DNA of 64,000 nt, from positions 434,001 to 498,000 of the forward strand of contig CT868649.1 in the NCBI GenBank assembly GCA_000165425.1, written 5' to 3'. The position numbers and the translations under genes were made by a program. The notes beneath the pieces are model-generated. The model worked only from the letters and a program-made list of their open reading frames with translations, ran no database searches and was not told where the DNA came from. This stretch comes from Paramecium tetraurelia (taxonomy: Eukaryota). This document shows, piece after piece, positions 1 to 16,108 of this stretch (position 1 is the stretch's first letter; the number at the start of each line of letters is the position of its first letter).

Positions 1-1
1 A

Positions 2-505
2 TCTGATGCTAGCTATATTAAATAAGAGGCCAAAACTGGATCATTTCCAACTGATCTTCCTTAATTTTAATAACCTAATCAATTTCAATAATTCTAATAG
101 ATGTAACAACTAGCTTAGTTATAATAATTATAATGGCTTAATCCTCTAAATTAATTAAATCCACTTTAATTTTAACTTCCTACCTAATTTTTATCTCAAT
201 ATTATAACTTTTAAGATCAATCAAAAGCTCCTCCTCCTATCAATGGATTATCTTAAATACATTAAGTTCCAATATTTCCATTATTACCCTAATTACAATA
301 GGCGGGATTTTAATCATTTTTATAGTAAGGTCCAGGATAGCAGATGTAATAATAAGTGTAAATTCCAAATATCCAATCTTAAATACCGAATCTGTAAGCA
401 CTTTAAGCAGGGTTTTAATAATTCAGTGGATAACATTAAAATTCTTAAAATGGAGTAATCTACCCAATGTATTAGTAATAAATGCAAAATGAATAAAAAA
501 AATGA
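2..505 (+). CDS. 3' part of a gene encoding a Q/P/F/L-rich low-complexity C-terminus (5'-truncated by window edge)
   Basis: Frame 2 is open with TAA/TAG=Gln (...FQQPNQFQQFQQMQQLAQ...QQGPGQQMQQQVQIPNIQ...QQQMQNEQKK*), TGA at 503-505. Confidence 0.75.
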
Positions 506-990
506 TATATATATATATTGCAAAAATTTATTTTATAATAAATCAATATCCTCTTTAAAACCTTTGATCAAATTAGATTGGAGTATCAATTAAATTTCAT
601 TGTCCTATTAGACATAAATAATATTTTTTCCAATATCGCGATTATAAAATCAACTTTGTATTTTGGTTAATCTAAATTTACTATTATTTTTAAATTTTAA
701 GTTCATTATCTAATATAGCCTTAAATATCTATTACTACTTGATTTAGCTCTTTCAGACAATCATTAAGCTGTTGCTCCAATTAGAATTATTTCAAATTTT
801 CTTAATAAACATAACAATCTAAAATTAATTTAGAATATATATGTATCTATAAATTGATGAAGATATACAACAAAAAATTGCACTAGAAATCTAAGCCATT
901 CTCAAAGTGGCTAATTAAAAAAATATATTATATAAAATGATCTCTTTATTTAAACCAAAATAAAGAAATAAAAAAATTCTCAAAATTGAA

Positions 991-2001
991 TCAAAATTTC
1001 AAAGGAATAAATTTTGCTTTAGTTCTTCCCTTTCAATGTAAGATTCGTTAAACTATTGTTATATGCTCTCATTTACATAGCTTTGAAGCTAACTATATTT
1101 AAGACTGCTACTCATTCTTCTTTATTTATTAAATGCAGCAGGTGTATAATAATAATCATCACTAGAATAAAATGAAGTTATACTTTTCATATTTCTAAGG
1201 TGTGTGTGTCCATTATAAAAAGTTTCTCTTTATTTGAATTATTATTTTCTTTCTATTATTTCTTGAACAGTAGATACTTTTTATGCATTCTATTTCTTCT
1301 AGGATGCTTAATAATAGTTCTATTTCTCATATCATTCTATGAGAATATTAAATTATTATCTACATATTATTAGATTCTAATGGCTGTGCTCTCTCTACTT
1401 TATTAGATTGGTTATTTTTTAGGTTCTTCATCTTCGTCTTCGGAATCTGTGAGTAGACTTACATAGGTTTTATTGAGAAAGATGATTTCTAAAGCTTTTC
1501 TTTCAAACTCAACCTCAAATTGATCAAAGTAAGAAGGCCTTCCTTCATAAAATTAAATGATACAACCCTTTTTAGAGAAACTATTATTTTATTCCTAATA
1601 ATTTATCTGTGAATTCCGGGATTCTTTTTTTCATTCCAGAATTCCAATGATTCTTTATGGCGTTGTCTGTTCTTCCTTCTAGATGCTTAGCAATTTCTGC
1701 CCATTTATTGCTTATTGCTTTATGATACAAGAAAAGGAGCCACTCCTCACTGGAATCCCATGGATTCTTTTTAATTAAAGGATTCAAATGATTATGCCAT
1801 CTAAGACCATTAATAAAATTCAATACCTCTCTCTACATTATTTTCCAATCCTTCCTGGTAATTTGGAAGCTATAAAAGTCCATTTATGAGGACCATACTA
1901 CTCTACCAATTACATAACTTGAGTGTCTTCATAATCAGTCCAAGGTTCTAAAGATAATAGAAATTGATACTTTTTTTTGTTTTCTCTATTTTCTTTCTCA
2001 T
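991..2001 (-). CDS. R2R3 Myb-domain transcription factor
   Basis: After removing tiny introns: PWTDYEDTQVMQLVEQYGPHKWTFIASKLPGRIGKQCRERWHNHLNP...WAEIAKHLEGRTDNAIKNHWNS; three ~23-26 nt introns. Confidence 0.93.
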
Positions 2002-2514
2002 TTTTAATTTTGAAATAATATATTTAACTGATGAATAACAAAATATAAACTAAATAATCTAAAAATAAGAACAAATTTTGGGAGCATTTGTTGGGAACTC
2101 AACTAATTGAATGAAAACCTCCTTTGCAGCATCACTATGATCATAAGGTACAATATAAATAAAATTGTATTATCAAATAATCATAGTGCTGATAAATAAC
2201 TATTTATAGGATGGAATTTATTTATCTTCTTTTTTTGAAGTAACCCTTTATTGAACGAATCCAATTAATCACTCTTCAAGACCAAAGAATAAAATTTCCT
2301 TAAATTATTAGGCAAAAAGAAACATCAATATATAAAAACATATAAACTATATATCAGTATTTTAATTCACTCATCATAAATCAATATAATCTATAGATAA
2401 ATTTACTCCTTTAGATTTATAAATAAAATTTAATGAGGCTTTGATAATTTATTTCATATTTTCATATATATTTTTCAGTCAATTATAATAACAATAATAC
2501 ATTTAATAGAAATT

Positions 2515-3716
<1,202 letters not shown>

Positions 3717-4053
3717 TTTATATTGTTCAAATGACATAAATTATTTCTTTCTCTCCAACTACTTCAAATTAATCAAAATTATTAAATATCAAATAATTTT
3801 GTCATATTCTTTAAGATTAAATACTTGTAGATTATATACAATAACCAAAACCAAATGCTTATGAGTATCTTCTATAATAATATTTTTCCAATTATTAACT
3901 CAGTATTTTTGAAGATTGTAAAATTCTTAAAAGAGATGACTGCTATATTTATGTAATGTTTAGTAAGATAATTTTATTAATGGCAATAATTTTGAAATAT
4001 AAAATTATAGCTATTGATTTAATTCATAAAAATAGATAACATAAATATTTATA

Positions 4054-4445
4054 ATGAACTTTATGAATACTCACTCATAATTTAATATCTAAAGAAAAAC
4101 TGTACCTCGACCAACAATATCAAGATAATTTACAAGAGAAAAAAGTTAAACAAATTTTAACCCAATAACTCCATCAGTAAGTTATTTATTGTTATGAATT
4201 AGACAAAATTTCGTATTACAAATAACATTCAGCAAATAAATAGAGATAAAATCCAGAAAGCTTGTGGGAACTATTTTAATTAAAATGATGATACAACTGG
4301 AAGTACAAAAATGTCAAAAGGATTGAGTTAGCAATTATTAAAAAAACATGAAATTGAATTTAAGTAATCGTGGTTTGAATAAGAAGACAGAGAAGAAGAG
4401 ATCCAATTCGCTCTTCTTTACTAAACTCTAGAAAAGATCTTATGA
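4054..4445 (+). CDS. Small hypothetical protein (~120 aa)
   Basis: ATG, one gtaag..ttag intron near 4177, open frame to TGA (…KQSWFEQEDREEEIQFALLYQTLEKIL*). Confidence 0.65.
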
Positions 4446-4616
4446 TTCTAATTCTTGTATTGATATGATAAGTGTTAATGTGTTTATAATTCATATATAA
4501 AAAATTTTGAGAAATTCGGATTATTTCCTTATAAATGATTTCGCTTTATAAGAAATTTTGAATGATAAAAATAACATAGATATTAAAATATATACTAATG
4601 AATAAGACCCACAGAT

Positions 4617-6030
<1,414 letters not shown>

Positions 6031-6268
6031 TAAATAACTTAAGAAAATAAATAAAATTATTTTATGATTCATTTTGCAGCGAAAATTAGGTCTTTTTCTT
6101 TTTAAAAAATTATGATAATTAAAATAATACTCAATTTCTAAAATTCAAGATTAGGTCAATATTCAAAACATCGTATAAATTAGATTGGATCAAATTTATT
6201 AACCAAAATATTATTTATTGATAAAGGTCCATGATATTTCTATATTAATTGATTAAGTATTTAATTAA

Positions 6269-8617
6269 ATGTTAAGTGACGATTAAATATTATAAATAGT
6301 GTTGACAATCGACAGCATGATACTACACTTGTAATTTTACTTTACAGATGAAATCAAATATTTGATAATGGGATTATCTTCAGTTGGATTTCACTTAATT
6401 CTCTTCATTGCTGAATAATTATGGAGCAATTCCTCAATTAAAATCACTCTGAACATTTTTAAATTAGCTTGGATCCTATTGATTTCCTAATTATTGTATC
6501 AAAATTGGATGGTCCATATAGGAATTCAAATTGTGTGCATTTTCAAATTAAACTAGACAAAAACTAAATTATTGATTCCTATAGCATTTACTATACATTT
6601 AGTATCAATAACATCAGCCAATCTGGATTATTTGCCAACTGGAATAATTAGAAATTGTCTCTCCTATTTTTTATTGCTTTTTCTCTTTAAGAAACAATCC
6701 TATAATTTAAATCAAGCACAAGATATAATTAAATAAATCACATCAAACATTTATGTAATTTTGGACAACAATTTGAATCCAGTATATGATGAAGAAAGAT
6801 TTGCATAAATCTAGAAGGAATAAGTGATAATTTCATAGGATCAAGATGTTGATAACATTATTACTCCTAGAGAATCACTAAAAATTGGAATTTGTCCTTA
6901 ATTCATTGATAATAAAAATACCTATGAATTTAAACATGTTCTCTCTTAACTAAAAACGAATAACAAAGAGTGGTCAATGTAGAAATTTGAAACTTTTACA
7001 GATTCCGTTATAATAGTGAAGAAAGTGTATTTGGGTAATGATCATGTTTATAAATATTGTAATTGGATCAATTAAAAAAAACAACTTTTTTATCTTGTTG
7101 TCAAAAAATAAAAAAAAAATAAATTAAATTAGAATCAAATTGACATTGCAGACGAACGTACTAAGAAAATGATGAAGACTTTGAGCAAAGTTTCTCATGA
7201 TATGAGAACACCATTAAATGCAATTATAAATATGTAGCTTTGTTTGAGAGAATAAATTGACACTTACTTATTCAACCGTTACTTGAAGCCATCACTTAAT
7301 TCTTGTAGATTGCTCTTGAATTTAGTTAATGATATTTTAGATTCGGCTTAACTATAGAATAAAAAAATCAGATTAGTATTTAGAAAGTTTAATCTAAAAC
7401 GGTTAATAGAAAAAACAATCTCAATATTTGATATTCAAAAAGAAAAAAAGGAGCTTAAAATAATCCTAAATTATTGTACCAATTAGTAAATAAATTAATT
7501 TGTAAATAGCGACAAAAATAGAATCAGGTAAGTGATTATGAATTTATTAAGTAATGCTATTAAATATTCAGAGGCAAAAAAGATAATTGCTATCAATTGT
7601 GATTACCAAAAGATCAATTCAACATTTATCATTTAAGTCACTGATTCAGGTTTAGGAATCAAACCAGAGAATTTATAGTCCTTATTTTAAGAATTTTCAA
7701 GAGTTGAGGATCTTGCAAATAGGGATGTAAATCCTAATGGAATAGGTTTAGGATTATTAATCTGCAATGAATTATCAAAATTATTATCATCTAATAATGA
7801 GGGGATCTCTGTTTAATCGGAATATGGAAATGGATCGACATTTTCTTTTTCAATATTTAATCAAAAACCTTCAGATGAAGATCTATCAGAGTCTTCTGAA
7901 ATGGCTGTTTAAGAAATTTAGAAATTACCTGAATCTCATTTCTTGAACTCCCAAAGTTTAAGGTAGACTTCATAAGACTTTGCTGTTGCTGTTAGACCAG
8001 CCTCATGCGAAAATTGTCAAGGAATTCAACTTTAAAGTAATTAAGACATCAAAAAATATAATCTGAGAGTCAATTCATCTAACCTATTATCTTCAAATCG
8101 TTTATTACCTTTTAATACCGATAATGAGAAGTCCTACCAAAGAAAATCCACAACTCAATCTAATTTGATTATTGAATAAATCAACAGTTGGTCAGACCCA
8201 TCCCAAAAACAACCACCAATTCTAATAGTTGATGATAATGAATTCAACATAATTGTCCTTTAATACATATTAGAATAGTTATTTTTAACTTGTGATTCGG
8301 CTATATCGGGTGAAATTGCAATCAAAAAATGTCACCAAAGGATAAAAGATTTTAACCAATATAAAATCATCTTTTTAGATATTGAGATGCCTGTTATGGA
8401 TGGGATGGAAACTGCTAATAGACTATTAGATATTGATAAATCATTGAAAATAGTTGCTTGTACAGGAAATAGATAAACACCTGAGTAATTAGAAGTCTAC
8501 AAAAGAGTGGGAATGTTTGGAGCCATAGAAAAACCTGTTACTAAAGCTAACTTGAGAGATTTGTTGTGTAAAATTTTAGAATCGAGGAATGATGCTTAAT
8601 TTTCTCATTATTTTTGA
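6269..8617 (+). CDS. Membrane-anchored hybrid sensor histidine kinase (HisKA + HATPase + receiver)
   Basis: Intronless 783-codon frame; hydrophobic N-terminal segments; H-box VSHDMRTPLNAI, N-box QVIMNLLSNAIKY, DSGLGI, GIGLGLLIC; receiver ILIVDDN…FLDIEMPVMDG…ACTG…EKP. Confidence 0.93.
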
Positions 8618-9093
8618 TTTATTTTTTAATTATACTACGTTGTAATTTTATTAAAAATTTTTAACATAACCAAAAAAATAATAAAGTTTATAAATTTAAA
8701 TTCTTACTACTTCATCAATTTTTGACATTTTCACATACAAATTTAATTGTTCAATCAAAAATGGTTAAATTAAATAAAATGTGTAGCACTATTCTATTAG
8801 TGATAGAATATAATGAGTCGACATTATTGATAAGAAAGGTAAGCATAGTTTTAATTAATCAGATAAAGAAATTCAATCAACATTACACCACTATCCAAAT
8901 CTGTTTTTGAAACAGGGTTTTTTGAATTTCCAGATTATTGAATAAAAAAATATTCTACTTAGGTATTTTTTATTTTCTCCTTTAATTATGTAGTTCAGAC
9001 TAATAGAATTTTTTTTTAATCCTTCTTCTTATCAAATTGAAGTTAAATTCTCAAGATAATTAAGTTTTTTTAATATTATTTTATTTATAAAAT

Positions 9094-12000
9094 ATGAATT
9101 CTTAAGCCAAATCTCAATATCAGATTAACAAAAACATGTTTGGAAGTTAAATTTAACATAAATTTCCCAATTATGAAGATAAAAATTTATTTTCATAGAA
9201 TTTTTTTCGAAAAAATGCAGACCTTCCTGAAAATCAAAATTTTTAACAATTCTTTTATTTAAATAATTTATTGTAAACTAAAAAGAAGTAAATGAATAGG
9301 AAAGAATACTAAAACGAATTAAATTCCACTCAAAATAAATGTATATCTATTTAAGAAAGGATAATAGATTATATAATTGAATATTAATAATAAGAAAATA
9401 GTCGTAAAAAATACACTTATATAAAACGAAAAACTGATGAACCCAGAATGTTTACTACTTAACTGACAAAAGAATAAACTTCATAATCCGTATCAACCGA
9501 CTGTAGTTATGATAATGAAGTGTACGAGAAGTTAATCGAAAAGAATTTTGTAGATTATCTCAAATTTGGATTTGAAAATTTCCATTAAGGAGAATTCTCA
9601 TAGATTTTATTGTAAAATAATTTAATCAGCCCAGATAGAATAATTATTTATTTGAATAAAGCAATAAATGAATTTAATTATTAATAAGATTGCAAAAGGA
9701 AAGAAAATTTAAAAGTTACTTATGTTGGGATTACTTCATAATTCAATTTTGAACCTATTAATTAAGAAAAGGATTTTTAATCTTTATAGAGTTTCTCTTT
9801 AATGATCTAAAATTAATATTCCTAATCTGGATTTTAAACAGGTATCAATGATTAAATTAAATAAAATCAATATTATGCAAAATTAAATGTTTCCAATAAG
9901 ATTACCAATTAAATTCATTTACTATTTAAATACTTTTTAAAGACTAAAATAAGATAGTTTAAGCCAAAAATTATTGTTCTATTCATAGAAATTCATGATT
10001 CTATTGATTTTGAGACATACTTTTTCTAAAAATTAATTACCTAATTAGAGAAAATTTCATAAAATTCTCTCATAATTATCCCCATATTAGCTTAAGATAC
10101 CCCATATAATTATGAAAAATACTTAAAATACACTGTTTTAATAACAAATTCATGTTTAGAATATTCATATAAACGAAAGAATAAGGCTTATTATGAATGT
10201 GAAGATATGTCTCCTTAATTATACAGAGAATATAGTTATTATTTTGCATAGAACAAAAAAGAATAATAATTTTTTGCTAATTAATTTTCAGCATTGCAAG
10301 TTAGAAAAAATAAATATTAATCATGTGATATTGAAATGGAATTTTAATAAAAGAATGAAGTTTTAGATTATAAGATCTCTTCATAATAAGAGCAGGAAAT
10401 AAAGAGTAAAAATTATGAATTTGAATTTAATGTTATTGGAATTTTGAATTTGATAAATCAAATTGTTCTAACCAAAGTCTACGATGAAAAAAAGAGGCCT
10501 ATAAAAATTTCAGAATATGAACATTTCATTTCTTATAATTCAAATGAACATTACTTTATAATTTGTATTGTTTCAGACAGCAAATTATTTTATAAAAAAT
10601 GTTATTACAACTTAAAAAGTGAAAAACAAATTGAAGAGTAGATAGATCTAAATGAATATCAATTCTTTATAAAACATAATTTCAAGAGTTCCTATTTATT
10701 GGTAAATTCATAATTCTATTAATTTAATGTATTAATTTCAACTGAATCCTCGAGTAGACATAAAATGTCAAAAAACAGCTACACTGGATTTTAATATTAT
10801 GTAGAAGTATACAAATATGATTTAGAAGTATAAGCAAAACCATTAAAATACTGTAATAAAGAAATTAGTAAGTAGAATATTTTTTCCTTAATAAATTTTT
10901 CAATTACTTAGCTTAATTAAAATAAATTCATATTATTAGGAGGTTCCTACTAATCAACTTGCTAAGAAAACAATTTTGATTTAAGAACATGCTCATTAAC
11001 TATAGAAATTGATGAGAAAAATTACTTTAATTTGAAAGTAACTGAAAATGCTGGTAAATTGAAGTGTTATGAAAACTCTATTGTTGTTAATATTAATAAT
11101 TATTCTTTGCTTTTTTTTGAGGCACAAACCTAATATTTAGCCACTCCAATTTAATCCTAAATTTAAAGATTGTCTATTTTTGGAGATTCATCTATTTTAA
11201 TACTATAAAATTGCTAGATATTGAATTAATAGAACTTTGAGTTTTATCAAAAAAAGAAAAAACTATTTAAATCCAATTAACTAAACAGGAAAATAATTTA
11301 ATAAAGTAATGATAAATTAGTCTTTATTGTGATTGTTTAAGAATTGGTTTAGGATGATCTATAAATATAAAATCAAGAGGATAGTATCAATTTGAAGATG
11401 CTGTCAAAACAGGCTTTATTGTAAGTTCATAAATTTTTATTTATCTATGACTTGATAAGAACAACGATTGATATTGAAGTTGAAACTAATCAATTTATTA
11501 TATAACAAGTAGAACAACCAAATAAACTTAGAGAATCTTGCCTTTATGTCAATGTAATTATTTAGTTTATTTTTTTAGTGGTTGGAAGACAGAAATAATC
11601 AATATATATTCAATTACAATTCGGTTTAAAACTTATATTTGTTGTATTTTCATGAAAAGCCAAGCCCAAAAACAAGAAAATTTATATTTGAAGACCCGAA
11701 AGAAAAAGATGATTATCTGGATTTTGATGAAGTCATTTTGAATGATTTTTATAATGAACAACTTTGGATAGTTAGAAAAATTATTCATTAAGATCACATT
11801 TCCTTAAATTTATATGAAAGGTATATTTTAAAATCTAAAATTAGTGATTGGATAAATTTACAAGACGTAAAGGATTCACTAGAAGCCTCAGTTACGAAGG
11901 TCCCCATCACTTTAATATATACCATAGCTTCGATAAAAGAAGACTTTTGTTTGATTGGACTTGAAGTCAAATGGCAATATGAAGGTGAAAAAAAATGTCC

Positions 12001-12625
12001 ATATTTGGTTGTATGTACAAGTACAACCATTTATGAATTTTCAATCTAAATGATTAGAAAAATAAAATGGGATAACATTCTAAGATACAAGCCTAATTCA
12101 TGGGAAAAAGAACCGCTATTGTTCTCACAGTCTCCCATAAAAAAAACAACACCAGTATAATTTAATATGAACATGTAAATTCCTTCAATAGTGGCAAGTT
12201 TGGAGAATGGTGAATTGCTGGTGTTTTATAGCTATTGCAACGTAAAGAAAGAAAAGGAAAACAAGTATCAGCTAGAAATTTAGTATTTAATCTTAAGAAA
12301 TCTAAATCAATCAGATAATGATTCTATGGAACTTGAAGATAAAACAAAAGAATTTTAATTCAAAACTATTAAATACAATTCTAAAAAAGAAGTTAGCATT
12401 GCTAAGATCAATACAGTTATGATAGATAAAAACAGATTTGAGTTTTCAGTAATTGTTCAAGAGACTGATTAAAATTTATACAAAGTATTTTCAGGTGATG
12501 CTTCAAACAAAAATGAACATATTACTACAATGAAAGAATGCAAAATATTAAATAATGCTGCTCCTTAACGGAACTAATGTATTTTAGTAGGCCCTAATAA
12601 AGAAAGTGTTTATCGCCTTTAATGA
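9094..12625 (+). CDS. Large orphan protein (~1170 aa), possible degenerate HDAC-like fold followed by beta-rich/propeller-like region
   Basis: Open table-6 frame with one intron near 11554-11578; TGA at 12623-12625. The domain call is inference from motif spacing. Confidence 0.75.
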
Positions 12626-12845
12626 TCCTAGAATTTGGTTATTTTTATTCTAATCTAAATTTTGTATTTAAGAATATCTAATTGTTGTTATATTTAATGC
12701 TGAAAACAGCCATTCTGTTTTTCCAACATTTTCATTTAATATAAACACCCTCCTCTATAGATATTAAATTATATAATAATTTCTATAAACTTCTCGAAAT
12801 AATATTCTATTTAATAATTTCTCTTCAGTTTTATTTTTCTTTATC

Positions 12846-13640
12846 ATGAATCATCATGCCAAGTGCTAATAGACCGAAAAGCTGCTAAATTGCTTTTATT
12901 TAATTAGGCTATTGAACTTCATTATTTTATTCTAACTATAAAGAATAGATTAATATTGCAGATTAAATTTTTATTTGGATCCATACATTAAAATTCTTTG
13001 GTACATTTTCGTAATAATATTGTTTTTAAAGTATTTTGATTTGAAAATTTTTAATCTTGGTTTTATTTGACAACTCATTTAGGATTAATTGAGATATTCC
13101 ATTTCTTAATAAATATATCTAATCTTAATCAAAAATTCAACCCATTATTATCATAGATGAGAATACATGTATTTTATTGAAAAAACTTAATAAAATAAAG
13201 GCAAAAATAACAAACTATGAAATTAAGGAATTTCTTCGTTGATTAGAATATTAAATATATGCTTAAATTAAGTGCATAACTTTTCGGATGAAAATTATAT
13301 AATTCTGTAATCGAAATTTAATTCAAAAATAATTGAATCAAATTTTTAATAAAATATTCTATATCATTATAGATGGGAGTATTGATATTGTCGAAATGAA
13401 TTTAATACAAATTCATCAAATAATTCTGAATGAATCCATAAAAAAACAATTAGACGAAAATTAGAGCGACTTAAATATAAGGAAAATCAACAGAATTACT
13501 AACTTTGAGCAAATTGAGAGGTAGCCACATTTAAAAGTACATCCAATAGAATTGAAAGTAAAAAGAAATTAGGCATCAGCCATAATTTAAAATAAATCTA
13601 TCTTATTAAAAATGTTTCTGAGTTTCTATAATCATTAAAA
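12846..13640 (+). pseudogene. Probable decayed gene, possibly cyclic-nucleotide-binding-domain family
   Basis: Coding-like frame interrupted by TGA codons; fragment NKIFYIIIDGSIDIVEM resembles the cNMP-domain FYIIxxGxV strand. Confidence 0.4.
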
Positions 13641-13652
13641 TAATTGATGTTA

Positions 13653-15837
13653 TCATATTAATCTTTTAATAGATGCGTACTTCTCTATTATATCTCTGAT
13701 CTCGAATTCATTAGGTAACTAAAACAAAGATGGTTTTTTAAAATTGATAGCCAAACTTATCAGTCTCTATCTTAAACATATTGAAATACATTCTTAGGAT
13801 TATTAACAACAAATGTATCATGGATATATTTTTACCAAATCTCTTTTTTTCTTTAAGCATATTCATCTAATAATGAAAACATTAAAACTCTATGAATAGA
13901 ATAAAAAAATACGTATCAATATGGATATGTGATCTTTCTTCATAATCATAGTATGAAGTAATGCCTTTCAACTAAGCAAATTCATAAATGATATCATCAA
14001 ACTCTTCTTTTATTAATCTCCAAAGCTTTTCTTTAAAGTTTCTTTTTTTGCTTTTCATATTCCTGAAATTCCTTTAAATGGAAATTACTAAGAATAAGAT
14101 TAAGTATATATACTTTTTGCTGTCCATCTTTAATATTTATTTAAAACACTAATGGCCAATATTATGGATTATAAATATGATGAGATTACTTTATTAGCCT
14201 TTTATTTGATTGGTTTCTTTAAAGCCATGCAGATAGCATTTAATGAAAGTGAAGACTTAAAAATAGTTCTTTCAGTAGGAGTATCTCCAAAATCTTTGAC
14301 AGAAATTAAAGATTTAGTTTATAATTGCCAAACCAACAATTTTCCTCTGGCTTCTAGTCGAATCTATTTTTTTTAACACTAAATAATTAACAAATATTAT
14401 ACCAATAAAAAATACTGTAAGTTGTGAAGGAAAATAGTTGTAAAGATACATTTAAGCCATGCTTTTTAAATTGCATTTCTATATGAGACCTTTTGTTTTG
14501 TAATTTTTTCAATCTCTCTATATTTTATGATCTATTCCTTCACAAATAATTTGCTCTTCTTTTCTAATAGTTTTTCTTCTGTGATATTTTTTCCATTATT
14601 AAGAACTCTTTATTATCTGATTTATCTATCTGATTTTATTTGCTATAATGTCTCAGGATTAAGTAGATTCTATAAACGAGCCTCGGGTTAATAATATATT
14701 TTTGGTTAAGACTTTTGCTTTCTTGTTCTTGGAACAAAATCTTCAAACAAAGATTGTGTTTTTTATGGCTTATTGACTTTCAGTTTTCTCTCAAATCCAA
14801 AAGTGACAACCACTGTACATAAAAAATCATTTTGTGAGTATAAGGTCATAAATAAATAGTCTTCAGTAAAAAATTATGTATTATTGTTAGTGAAAATTCT
14901 AATTGATTTACTGTTTACTTGATAGTCAGCATTAAATTTTGTTGGGAATTCAATTTTCAATGAAAAATATGATCTGAGACTATTTATTTGAGCATTTTAG
15001 CTTAAGAATGTTATTTGAATAGGAGATTCTTAATCCTTGATTCTAATTCTGTAATACTGGAATCGAAATCTATGAATTTCTAATTTCATTTCATAATTTA
15101 GATCACATTAAGTAAGGTAGTTATTTTAATAATTAGTCACTTTATTAATATTTTCTGATTCTTATTTGTTTATCGTACTAAATATTTGTGGGTCCTAATA
15201 ATTCAAATCATAAGCGAATTAGTTCAACATTTTTACATTGTTATAATTTTTTTCGAATTCATCATAAATTTCAAGTATTTCATTTGATCTTGGAATAAGT
15301 TTTTCAGCAACTTCATCCTTGTTTTTTAGAATTCTTCTTTATGTAGTAGTTGGTGATTTATCCTATTATAAATCTATAGTGTATTATGTTTTGCATCTAG
15401 ATGTAATGAGGGTTCGAAAACTAGGAATTGCCAATTGGGTTTGCTATTTATTTTTTAGATAATAGGAATCTTAAGATTGTCGAGAATATTTAGTCTCAGA
15501 AGTAGTTAGTTTGTCAAACCTTTTTATTGAGCTTTGCAAAGTGTTTTAATACATTTTTTAATATAAAATACAGAATTCATTATTTAAGAGAATCAGATGA
15601 GTGACACTAACTGTCCCATCTAACTGTTTTATTACTATGCTCTCTTTGAAGAGAATTATGATGAGAAATTTATTTAAGTGAAGGTTTGAGTTATTTTTGA
15701 TGGACATCTTTATATTAAGTGGCTGATTCAAAATGTGTACCACTCATATTTCTCTTTTTTCTGATCTCAAATTATGCACTAAACCCAGGTTCAATTTGAT
15801 TCATTAATTCTGATAAACAGTCTTCATCAGCCTCCAT
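13653..15837 (-). CDS. Hypothetical protein with C-terminal IQ-like motif
   Basis: Frame kept open by several GT-AG micro-introns; ISIQRNFRNMKSKKR IQ-like motif; ends YASIKRLI*. Confidence 0.75.
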
Positions 15838-16108
15838 TTTATATTTTGAGGAAAAAATTTTATTCAAATTACTAGCTTAAACACTTGATTTTGCAAATGC
15901 TTCATTATCCTCTTCAATTGTCATCTCTGTTATACAATAATTTCCCATTTTCAATAATTTTTTTATAGTTCAGAATCAATTTAATTAAGTTTATTTAGTT
16001 TTGAATATTAATATTGTTTAAAATCAATTTATGTGGTTCAACCTTAAAACTTACAGTATTTCCTGACAGATAATAATAGAATTGTAATGAAATAATACTT
16101 AAATAAAA

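Noticed and set aside
243..458. ORF-track protein with CKHFKQG resembling a CCCH zinc finger
   Set aside because: Wrong frame; the table-6 frame 2..505 is continuous and Gln-rich
13081..13650. In-frame TGA codons as selenocysteine or readthrough
   Set aside because: No redox motif context, no recognisable SECIS, and general decay of the region
14152..14376. Plus-strand 74-aa ORF
   Set aside because: Antisense to the intron-supported minus-strand gene 13653-15837
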